Virus record (IMG/VR): IMGVR_UViG_3300017971_000057 | Origin: a virus | Direction: 5' to 3' (one strand) | DNA length: 55,962 nt | Shown: positions 1 to 6,832 of the stretch, in pieces | Numbering within the stretch: the stretch's first letter is position 1 | Layout of the letters: each line of letters begins with the position of its first letter | Notes under the pieces: model-generated | Seen by the model: only the letters and a program-made list of their open reading frames with translations | Database searches by the model: none | What the model was told of the DNA's origin: nothing | Position numbers and translations under genes: made by a program

Positions 1-123
1 CTCGCCCTTTTCCTGGCACAGAAAGGACAGGCGGGTGGACGAAACAAAAGAGCAGGCTATAGAGCTGTTGGCGATTCTATGGCGGGGGATCCCGGCGGAC
101 TACAAGAACCGCTACCGGATGAA
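1..123. repeat. Terminal overlap copy 1: identical to 55840-55962, so the contig is circular or terminally redundant
   Basis: Read directly: ctcgcccttttcctggcacagaaagg...gctaccggatgaa is present at both window ends, 123/123 identical. Confidence 0.95.
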
Positions 124-219
124 TATCTGGCAGCAGTTCGAGGATCAGCTCCGCAGCGCGGCCTACACGAGCAACCTGGACAGATGTGTCAGCTCGCTTT
201 GCCAGAAGTTGAGCTGTGA
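1..219 (+). CDS. csf1: 3' end of csf1. It continues the ORF that starts at 55261 and runs off the window end. The frame is preserved through the 123-bp overlap; stop TGA 217-219
   Basis: Frame 1 is open from position 1 to TGA 217-219. Position 55840 is a codon boundary of the 55261 ORF. The last ~60 codons overlap cas11 out of frame and look compositionally poor (G/R/P rich). Confidence 0.55.
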   Translation, partial: LALFLAQKGQAGGRNKRAGYRAVGDSMAGDPGGLQEPLPDEYLAAVRGSAPQRGLHEQPGQMCQLALPEVEL

Positions 220-409
220 CATCGGGCGCAATGCCGAGGATCGCGATCGCGCAGAGGCGATCTTGAATAGCGCGGATGGCAGCGCGATGCTCAGGTTGTT
301 GCGCGATCAAACCAAAGTGCTCGTGTTGCACGTGCGCGTGGCAAACCAAGAACGGCGCGCCGCGTGGGAAGCAGAGCACACTGACGAATGGGAGGCAGAA
401 TCAGAATGA
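35..409 (+). CDS. cas11: Cas11-like small subunit of a type IV-B effector (124 aa)
   Basis: GTG 35 is the first possible start in this frame, with aaagga 7 nt upstream. The protein is small and helix-prone (MDETKEQAIELLAILWRG...) and sits in the slot between csf1 and csf2. Its stop TGA 407-409 overlaps the csf2 ATG 406 (ATGA). The call rests on position and composition. Confidence 0.55.
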   Translation: MDETKEQAIELLAILWRGIPADYKNRYRMNIWQQFEDQLRSAAYTSNLDRCVSSLCQKLSCDIGRNAEDRDRAEAILNSADGSAMLRLLRDQTKVLVLHVRVANQERRAAWEAEHTDEWEAESE

Positions 410-1380
410 AAACCTACGTGTTTGAAGGCACAATGACGGCATTGACGAGCATCAGCCATATCGGCGACACGTTCGGTGTCAACGCGCGTTTGCGGCGCGA
501 AAAGATCGTCCAGCCAGACGGGAGCGTGGAAGAGATCCCAGTCATCAGCGGCAATGCCTTGCGCGGCATCTTGCGCGACCGGGGGATGCTGCATATGACG
601 CGGCAGCTTGGCTATGGCGAACCAGGCGAAGATGGCGTGCCTATTGGCATGTCGCTGGCCGCGTTCTACTTTTTGTTTTCCGGCGGCGCGCTGACCAAAG
701 ATGCCGGGCGCGGGCTGGACATCGATCTGGCGCGGCAGTGGCGTGAGCTGATCCCGCTTGTCGCGCTGTTTGGCGGCGCGATGGGCAACCAGATCATGCC
801 GGGCAAACTCAAGATTGGCAAGGCGATCCCGATCTGTAACGAGACAGCGCACATCTTGCCGGAGCGGTACGCGCAAGGCGAGATCAAGTCGGTGTGGGAT
901 TTTTGCCAAGAGGAAGCGTATACGCGGCGCGATGACGAAAAGAATGAGAACCTGCGCCAATTGATCGCGCCTGACGTTCGCGCTCTTTTGGAGGCCAGAG
1001 CCAGCATAGAACGGCAAAAGAGTGGCACAAAAGAGGATGTGGTGGTCGAGACCGGCCAGAAGCAGCAGATGCGCTACTTTGTCGAGACGCTGGCGGCAGG
1101 CACACCGCTCTTTTGGGATTTGACCCTGGACGATGCTACAGATCTCGAGTTTGAGGCGCTGGCCGTGACCCTGGCCGAGTTTGGCCGGCAGCCGTACATT
1201 GGTGGCAAGAGCGGCGTTGGACACGGCAAGGTTGCGATCCGATTTGATCAATGGATCGAGATCAACCCGCGCCTCGCGCCGGATGGCCGCGAGGTTGATC
1301 TGCCGCTTGGGTCGCGCTATATGGAGCACATCCAAGAGCACGGCGACGACATCCGGGGGCTGATCGATGGCCTATCGTGA
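406..1380 (+). CDS. csf2: Csf2 (Cas7-family RAMP backbone subunit, type IV)
   Basis: GGAGG 391-395 lies upstream of ATG 406. Motifs: VISGNALRGILRDRG, LFGGAMG, and the C-terminal glycine-rich loop YIGGKSGVGHGKV. Confidence 0.85.
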   Translation: MKTYVFEGTMTALTSISHIGDTFGVNARLRREKIVQPDGSVEEIPVISGNALRGILRDRGMLHMTRQLGYGEPGEDGVPIGMSLAAFYFLFSGGALTKDAGRGLDIDLARQWRELIPLVALFGGAMGNQIMPGKLKIGKAIPICNETAHILPERYAQGEIKSVWDFCQEEAYTRRDDEKNENLRQLIAPDVRALLEARASIERQKSGTKEDVVVETGQKQQMRYFVETLAAGTPLFWDLTLDDATDLEFEALAVTLAEFGRQPYIGGKSGVGHGKVAIRFDQWIEINPRLAPDGREVDLPLGSRYMEHIQEHGDDIRGLIDGLS

Positions 1381-2056
1381 TCGCTACGACCTGGAACCAC
1401 TGCGCGTGCGCGCCTGGCTGCGCAGCGGTGTAGTGGCGGATCGGCACTTGCCGTTAGATGGCATTCTGCTCTATCAGAATCATCGAGATGCGCTGGGCGC
1501 GCTAGAGATGACAGTACCGGGCGAGTACACCAACAATGCGCCTGTGGCGACACTGCCGCTGGGCATCCTGCACCCAGGGCATCGCCACTGGTACTATCAG
1601 TGTTCGTGGGCGCAGTGGTCGCACGAGGTCGAGGGTCAGGACTATTGGAACAAGCGATTCAGATCGCAGTTGGTGGATTTGGTGGATTTTGACCGGCGGC
1701 GGGGCAAGGTGATCATCGAGCAGGGCAAGTACAAGGCATATCACATGCCAGTGCTTTATCGCGCCGCGCTGTGGATTGAGTGGTACTGCATCGGCGACAA
1801 AAAAGAGATCGAGCACTTCCTGTCCACCGTCACGCACCTGGGCAAAAAGGCCGTACAGGGCTGGGGGCGCGTGGCGCGTTGGCAGATCGAACCGTGGTCT
1901 TGGGACTGGTCGGTTTGGCGGTCGGATGGTCGCTTGATGCGCGGCATACCACCAGAGGATCTAGACGGCCACGAGTTTGATCTGAATATCGGCAATTATG
2001 GTATACGGCCTAGCTACTGGAAGCGGGATAACCAGATGACGCTGGTGCTGCCGTAA
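1367..2056 (+). CDS. csf3: Csf3 (Cas5-like RAMP, type IV)
   Basis: Overlaps the csf2 end by 14 nt. N-terminal LPLDGILLYQ and glycine-rich loop HLGKKAVQGWGRVARW. Gene order fits. Confidence 0.7.
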   Translation: MAYRDRYDLEPLRVRAWLRSGVVADRHLPLDGILLYQNHRDALGALEMTVPGEYTNNAPVATLPLGILHPGHRHWYYQCSWAQWSHEVEGQDYWNKRFRSQLVDLVDFDRRRGKVIIEQGKYKAYHMPVLYRAALWIEWYCIGDKKEIEHFLSTVTHLGKKAVQGWGRVARWQIEPWSWDWSVWRSDGRLMRGIPPEDLDGHEFDLNIGNYGIRPSYWKRDNQMTLVLP

Positions 2057-2062
2057 GGAGGA

Positions 2063-2203
2063 ATGATGAAGAAAAAGTGGATTTGGTGCCAAGTGCAACT
2101 AGCGCGCTTGCGTTGGAATCTCTGGTTTTACGAGTCTTTGCTTATGGCGGCGCACCACTATGGCGAGCGGTATGCTGCTATTCGAAAGTCGCTCAATCAA
2201 TGA
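2063..2203 (+). CDS. Unlisted 46-aa ORF between csf3 and the cysH-like gene (MMKKKWIWCQVQLARLRWNLWFYESLLMAAHHYGERYAAIRKSLNQ)
   Basis: AGGAGG 2056-2061 lies directly upstream of ATG 2063/2066. Stop TGA 2201-2203 overlaps ATG 2200 of the next gene (ATGA). The alternative is that this stretch is the N-terminal extension of the 2077 GTG ORF. Confidence 0.35.
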   Translation: MMKKKWIWCQVQLARLRWNLWFYESLLMAAHHYGERYAAIRKSLNQ

Positions 2204-2949
2204 TGCCTGAAGAGGCCCGCGAGCGATTCGAGCTATACAGCCGACTGCGCCTGCACCGCTGGCGGGTGGCACAGGCGCAGCGGCGTGTGTCCGAGTGGCT
2301 GGCCCTGGTCGAGAATCCGTATATTGCATTTTCGACGGGCAAGGATTCAACGTGCGTGCTTGATCTGGTGCGTGAGCAGCGGCGGGAGACGCCAGCGGTG
2401 TATTTTGACGCGGGCTGCGCGTATCCCGAGAGCAAGGAGACGCTGACCAGCACGAAGAATGTGATCGTGTTTCCGACGCTGGAACCGTTGCTGGACACGT
2501 TCCGGCGCTATGGCGGGATCGAAGGTGGCCCGGCGCTAGAACGCGAGACGATGCGCACGACGGTGTATGAGCCAATTCGGCGGTTGATCGAGCAGTACGG
2601 GTTTGATGGCGTAGCGTATGGCCTGCGGGCAGAGGAGAGCCACGGACGACGGATGAATGCAAAGATGCGCGGCGCGGTGTTCCAATACAAGCGTGATGGG
2701 TTGTGGGGTTGCCAGCCAATTCACGACTGGACGTACAGTGACGTATGGGCCTATATCGTCACGAAGCGCCTGCCGTACTGTGGCGTGTACGACAAGATGT
2801 GGGATATGCCGGAAGCGGATCAGCGGCTATCCTACTGGGCGGGCAGCACCAAGCGTCGGTGGGGACGCTGGGCGTGGCTCAAGCGGAATTATATGGAGTT
2901 GTGGAATCGATTGGCGAGCGAATTTCCAGAAGTGAAGGGCTTTGTGTGA
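2200..2949 (+). CDS. cysH: PAPS reductase / PP-loop ATP pyrophosphatase family protein (the cysH-like gene typical of type IV-B loci)
   Basis: PP-loop AFSTGKDSTCVLDLV, YGLRAEESHGR, QPIHDWTYSDVWAYI. Start ATG 2200/2203 is coupled to the upstream small ORF; the ORF track offers an alternative GTG at 2077. Confidence 0.8.
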   Translation: MMPEEARERFELYSRLRLHRWRVAQAQRRVSEWLALVENPYIAFSTGKDSTCVLDLVREQRRETPAVYFDAGCAYPESKETLTSTKNVIVFPTLEPLLDTFRRYGGIEGGPALERETMRTTVYEPIRRLIEQYGFDGVAYGLRAEESHGRRMNAKMRGAVFQYKRDGLWGCQPIHDWTYSDVWAYIVTKRLPYCGVYDKMWDMPEADQRLSYWAGSTKRRWGRWAWLKRNYMELWNRLASEFPEVKGFV

Positions 2950-3161
2950 TTACTGCAGATGGATCGAAAACTTGGAGCTATTCGCAAATCACTCGGAGCA
3001 CGTTCGGGCATTTAACCATCGGACCGGAGAGCCGCGTGATTCTACAGAACAGAGTGGCGCCTAAAGCGCCAAGGAGGGTATAGGGCATCGGTTTAGATGT
3101 ATACTTCCGTCGTGATATTGCCAATATCCTGCGCTCTACGGCCTGCGCCAATGACGGCGCG

Positions 3162-3392
3162 ATGAGCCTGGCCATAGAGTTGGTTGGAGATGTAAGCGGA
3201 CCTGACACGGTAGCTGACCCGGAGAAGTTGGCCCAAGCCTACCAGGCAGGTGTGCGAAATGCCTTGCTGTCGGTCGGGCTTGCGTTCGGGTTGGAGCCGG
3301 TGGGACCATCTATTCAGCGCAAACCAAGCGTGACGCCCGGGCTGGCTGGGCTGGCTGGGCTTTTGTGGGCAGAGATACCCCATGAGCGATGA
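3162..3392 (+). CDS. Hypothetical protein (76 aa)
   Basis: ORF track. The frame is open and protein-like back to 3084, and AAGGAGG sits at 3071-3077, so a non-canonical upstream start is possible. Confidence 0.4.
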   Translation: MSLAIELVGDVSGPDTVADPEKLAQAYQAGVRNALLSVGLAFGLEPVGPSIQRKPSVTPGLAGLAGLLWAEIPHER

Positions 3393-3682
3393 TGGATACT
3401 GAGTCAATGGGCGGGCAATGTCGGCTCATCCACGCCCGCACGATGGGAAACTATATCGACGAGCGCCTCCCCAGGCGCGTAACCGAAGTCGATACATGCC
3501 CTATCTGCGGCGGCATCAAATCGAAGGCCGCCGATCACTGCGTCGCCTGCAACGGTCGCGCCAGGGAGACAGAAGACGACCTGATCCCGCCGGAGGCTAT
3601 CGACGCAGTGATCGGCGATGGGTGGTCCTGCTCGGAATCGGGTTCACCCCGGACGAGCTGCGAGAAACGTTCGAGTGGTTGA
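3389..3682 (+). CDS. Zinc-ribbon protein (CPICGG...CVACNG); its 3' part looks out of frame
   Basis: ORF track. There is a CxxC-x10-CxxC motif. After ...AIDAVIGDGW the sequence turns junk-like, while the -1 frame (3622-3765) becomes protein-like. Confidence 0.45.
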   Translation: MMDTESMGGQCRLIHARTMGNYIDERLPRRVTEVDTCPICGGIKSKAADHCVACNGRARETEDDLIPPEAIDAVIGDGWSCSESGSPRTSCEKRSSG

Positions 3683-3765
3683 CCTGGGAAGCCATCTATC
3701 GCGCGATTGAGGTGATCAGAGGATGGCCGGAGTCTGAAACGGACGGACTCGAGGAGTGGGGATAG

Positions 3766-4029
3766 ATGGCCAATAGATTCTTGATTCGGATAGACGAGGC
3801 CAACGCTCGGCATCGGCATTTTACGGTCTTTGCCAATGGGGCTAATTGTGGGCATTTGATTATGACCAATACAGAGTTTTGGAGTTTCGCCCGTGGTTTG
3901 ATGGCGGGGCATAAACCTGGTAGTGTAGATATTGAATTACTCCCCCACTCCCCCGCGTCGGGGTCGCGTCCAGAGGACCCCCGTGGGGACGAACGGACGG
4001 GGGACGAACGGACAGAGAATGGAGGATAG
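3766..4029 (+). CDS. Hypothetical protein (87 aa)
   Basis: ORF track; ATG directly follows the stop of the previous frame. Confidence 0.5.
   Translation: MANRFLIRIDEANARHRHFTVFANGANCGHLIMTNTEFWSFARGLMAGHKPGSVDIELLPHSPASGSRPEDPRGDERTGDERTENGG
3985..4014 (+). repeat. 15-bp tandem duplication (GGGGACGAACGGACN x2) encoding GDERT-GDERT
   Basis: Read directly from the sequence. Confidence 0.9.
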
Positions 4030-4030
4030 A

Positions 4031-4126
4031 ATGAGCACATTTGATGATGATGGGCTACGATCCAGAGGAGGATACGCTGTACGTCAATCCCAAGTACACG
4101 ACCTGGATGGAGGCGGTATAGAATGA
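4031..4126 (+). CDS. Small ORF (31 aa, MSTFDDDGLRSRGGYAVRQSQVHDLDGGGIE)
   Basis: GGAGG 4021-4025 upstream of ATG 4031. Stop overlaps ATG 4123 (ATGA). Confidence 0.3.
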   Translation: MSTFDDDGLRSRGGYAVRQSQVHDLDGGGIE

Positions 4127-4353
4127 GATGTACAGTGTGTGGCGCAAAAGTGCCCGATGATCCGATCTACACTCGGACACGGGGACAGGTTGGTCTCTGT
4201 GATGAGTGCGCGGCTGACTTGGTGGACAGTCTACCCCCTCCAGAGCCGACTTGTGAGGGGTGTTCGCAATTCACAGGTCTCGAATGTCTGCTCGGTGGCC
4301 GGCTTCAGGCTGGCTGCCAGGGGCATCACGTTACCTCTGACGGCTCCCCTTGA
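4123..4353 (+). CDS. Zinc-ribbon protein (76 aa; CTVCG...CDEC)
   Basis: ORF track; translationally coupled to the upstream small ORF. Confidence 0.55.
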   Translation: MRCTVCGAKVPDDPIYTRTRGQVGLCDECAADLVDSLPPPEPTCEGCSQFTGLECLLGGRLQAGCQGHHVTSDGSP

Positions 4354-4379
4354 CATCTCCTTCCTTTCCGTGATATAAT
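4350..4379 (+). promoter_or_regulatory. Near-consensus sigma70-type promoter: TTGACA (4350-4355), 18-nt spacer, TGaTATAAT (-10 at 4374-4379)
   Basis: Hexamers read directly. An extended -10 TG is present. The -35 overlaps the stop codon of the last rightward early gene. Confidence 0.7.
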
Positions 4380-4385
4380 GACATC

Positions 4386-4566
4386 ACTAGCCGTCGTGAG
4401 ACGGCAGTTCTTCCATTCTCCTTTGGACAGCGCGGCGCATCATTGTCTCGTCGCCGGTCATCCGCCGCGCTGTCCTGCGGGCGGAGCATTGATAGTCATC
4501 ATAGACGCGCCACCAGACAATCAAACTGAGGCATCTACGGGCGGCACGGTTCACGTGCCGTTTTTG
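4386..4566 (+). ncRNA. Candidate ~180-nt structured transcript (late-operon leader or terminated small RNA)
   Basis: Bounded by the 4350 promoter and the 4542 terminator. Hairpins: CCGTC/GACGG at 4391-4404, and a perfect 13-bp stem GGACAGCGCGGCG (4425-4437) with CGCCGCGCTGTCC (4463-4475). The overlapping ORF 4378-4662 is compositionally implausible. Confidence 0.4.
4542..4566 (+). terminator. Intrinsic terminator (CGGCACG-gttca-CGTGCCG-TTTTTG)
   Basis: 7-bp GC-rich stem, 5-nt loop and T5 run, read directly. Confidence 0.7.
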
Positions 4567-4649
4567 CTATCCGGTGCCCGTCACTCTTTCCGAACTAGTG
4601 GCAATGGATCCATTCCCCCCCAGGGCATTCCCATTGTCACCAGTTCGGA

Positions 4650-4886
4650 GTGGGGGACGTGAGTGTGGAACCCGTCACGTTTTGGGCGATTGTCGGCAAG
4701 GTGCAAACGATGGCGGATGGGGGGATCCGTTTATACCTTGATCTGCCCGAGGACGCGATTGCGCAAGCCGCCGAGATGATGGCCTATAAGCGCGAGGGTA
4801 TCGTGCTGGATGTGACGTGCAAGCCACGAGGCGAGAATGAGCGAGACGAATCAGAGCGTGGAAATACACGAAAGTCAACTTACTGA
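4650..4886 (+). CDS. Hypothetical protein, first gene of the late operon
   Basis: ORF track; an alternative GTG start exists at 4662. Confidence 0.45.
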   Translation: MGDVSVEPVTFWAIVGKVQTMADGGIRLYLDLPEDAIAQAAEMMAYKREGIVLDVTCKPRGENERDESERGNTRKSTY

Positions 4887-5367
4887 GGAACTGACGGCGA
4901 TTGCCGAGCAGCTCACGGTGGATCAAATGCGGTTCGTCCAGGCGCGTCAAGAGCACAATACAGACAAGGCCGCTGCTGAGAGCTTGGAGATCAGCCCGGA
5001 CACCATCAAGTCGTGGAAACGCAAAGGCTACCCGATTGATAGGGCTTGCGAGTTGATGGCTCAGGATGGGCTGATATTCGCGGCCTCTGTTCGTCGCAAG
5101 AACCTCCTCAAGGCGATGCTAGTCAAGGTCGCGGGCCTGGACAGCGACGACGAACGACTGAGGCAAGCCGTCTCGACTGAAATCGTCGAATGGGAGATGG
5201 GCAAGGCTACGCAGACGCAACGCCACGAGGGCACCGGCGAAGGGGGCGCGATTGTCGTCCAGAATGTAGAGCTAACGGATGCTGAACGTAGAGACGCTCT
5301 TAAGGGAATGTTCGGACTATCAGCGGACGCTCACAGACCGGACGCTGATCGGGACGATCAACCCTGA
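4837..5367 (+). CDS. terS: Terminase small subunit (HTH)
   Basis: Sits directly upstream of terL. HTH-like LTVDQMRFVQARQEHNTDKAAAESLEISPDTIKSWKRKG. Confidence 0.6.
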   Translation: MSETNQSVEIHESQLTEELTAIAEQLTVDQMRFVQARQEHNTDKAAAESLEISPDTIKSWKRKGYPIDRACELMAQDGLIFAASVRRKNLLKAMLVKVAGLDSDDERLRQAVSTEIVEWEMGKATQTQRHEGTGEGGAIVVQNVELTDAERRDALKGMFGLSADAHRPDADRDDQP

Positions 5368-6628
5368 CCAGCACTATGCACCACGAGGCAATGCCGGGCG
5401 CGTCCTGTTCAACACGGATCGTGAGCTGGTCGTCTCGGGGCCAGCAGGGACCGGCAAATCGAGGGCGTGCCTGGAAAAGCTGCACTACTGCTGCAACACC
5501 TATCCCGGAACACGCGCGCTGATCGTGCGACAGACGCGCGCCAGCCTGAGCGAGACCGGCCTGGAAACGTTCGAGAACCACGTGCTAGGGCCCTTGCATC
5601 CGATGGCTCTGGACGGCCCCAAGCGGCCCTGGCGCTCCTCCTACCGCTACCCGAACGGCAGTCAGATCAACATCGGCGGGATGGACAAGCCGGCGCGCAT
5701 TTTGTCCAGCGAGTATGATCTGATCTACTGGCAACAGGCCGAAGAGGGCAGCCTGTGGGGCTACGAAACTTTGCTCACCCGCTTGCGGGGTCAGGGGATG
5801 CCCTTCCGGCAGATGCTTGCCGACTGCAACCCAGAGAGCCCGATGCACTGGCTCAAGCAGCGCTGTGACAAGGGGCAGGCGACGCTCCTGGAGACCCGGC
5901 ACACAGACAACCCGGTGCTTTGGGACAGCGCGCACGGCGAGTGGACCGAGTCCGGGGAAGAGTACATCGGCACGCTCGACCGGCTGACCGGGGCCCGCAA
6001 GCTGCGGTTGCGGTATGGCGTCTGGGTCGTGTCCGAGGGCGCGATCTACTCGCTCTTTGACGAGGAGCGGCACAAGGTGCGCGGGTTCAAGCCGCCGGCG
6101 CTCTGGCCAAGGATCGTCGCCATCGATCCGGTGGGCGCGATGATCGGAGCGCTCTGGATGGCGTTCGATCCGACGGCGCGGGTGCTGAACGTCTACCGGG
6201 AGTACCTGGAGCCCTATGGTGCCCCGACCGGGCAGCACGTCCGGAACATCTTGAGACTGAGCCAGGGCGAGACGGTCTTTGCCTGGGTCGGCGGCGGGCC
6301 TTCCGAGCGACAAGCGCGCACCGATTGGCAGGCGCACGGCATCCCCCTGGGCGAGCCTCCCAACATCGGGGTTTGGTCGCAGATTGACCGGGTGATCGAG
6401 CTGCTGCGTGATTTCAAGATCGTGATTCACGACACGTGCCCGCAGCTCTTGAGTGACGTGGGCAGCTATCGGCGCAAGGTGATCCACGGCCAGCCGACGG
6501 ACAACATAGAGGATAAGGACGTGTTTCACCTTGCGGACTGCCTACGCTATGGCGTCGCCTTTTTGGCTGAACCCCACGAGCGCGTACAAGTTGTCGACCG
6601 CCTGGCGTCCATCGGCGGGAATTGGTAG
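5279..6628 (+). CDS. terL: Terminase large subunit
   Basis: Walker A VVSGPAGTGKSRA, ATPase plus C-terminal nuclease-like region, ~450 aa. The start is uncertain because of an 88-nt overlap with terS. Confidence 0.9.
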   Translation: MLNVETLLRECSDYQRTLTDRTLIGTINPDQHYAPRGNAGRVLFNTDRELVVSGPAGTGKSRACLEKLHYCCNTYPGTRALIVRQTRASLSETGLETFENHVLGPLHPMALDGPKRPWRSSYRYPNGSQINIGGMDKPARILSSEYDLIYWQQAEEGSLWGYETLLTRLRGQGMPFRQMLADCNPESPMHWLKQRCDKGQATLLETRHTDNPVLWDSAHGEWTESGEEYIGTLDRLTGARKLRLRYGVWVVSEGAIYSLFDEERHKVRGFKPPALWPRIVAIDPVGAMIGALWMAFDPTARVLNVYREYLEPYGAPTGQHVRNILRLSQGETVFAWVGGGPSERQARTDWQAHGIPLGEPPNIGVWSQIDRVIELLRDFKIVIHDTCPQLLSDVGSYRRKVIHGQPTDNIEDKDVFHLADCLRYGVAFLAEPHERVQVVDRLASIGGNW

Positions 6629-6637
6629 GAGAGACCT

Positions 6638-6832
6638 ATGCCCAATAACCTGATCTCATTCGCCGTCCAGACCGAGGCCGGTCCGGTGCGCTTCTTTGAG
6701 GCCAACCGGGTGCGCGTGCGTCGCGGGCGGCTCGTATTCCTGGTCGGCCTGTGGCGCGTGGTGGGCATCATCGAGCGCGGGCACTGGCTGCGCGTGATGG
6801 CCGGCATCGCACCGGAGGACATCGGACAATGA
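6638..6832 (+). CDS. Hypothetical small protein
   Basis: ORF track; stop overlaps the portal ATG 6829 (ATGA). Confidence 0.4.
   Translation: MPNNLISFAVQTEAGPVRFFEANRVRVRRGRLVFLVGLWRVVGIIERGHWLRVMAGIAPEDIGQ

Noticed and set aside
307-1341. Long antisense ORFs opposite real genes, for example 307-1341(-), 5585-6529(-), 7270-8430(-), 17912-19246(-), 19364-20491(-), 27758-29185(-), 30149-30970(-) and 44250-45173(+)
   Set aside because: These are typical high-GC shadow ORFs. They are Arg/Ala/Pro/Gly-rich with no recognisable motifs, and each lies fully inside a gene with clear motifs on the other strand.
2745-3083. 112-aa ORF overlapping the end of the cysH-like gene and the following gap
   Set aside because: Most of it is an out-of-frame overlap with the well-supported PAPS-reductase-family gene. 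The remainder (2950-3083) has only an 18-codon ATG ORF and a small hairpin (GGCGC-ctaaa-GCGCC).
4378-4662. 94-aa ORF in the promoter-to-terS gap
   Set aside because: It starts inside the -10 region, spans the 13-bp stem and the intrinsic terminator, and has no RBS. The composition is Pro/Gly/Ser-rich and not protein-like. A non-coding leader or RNA is a better reading.
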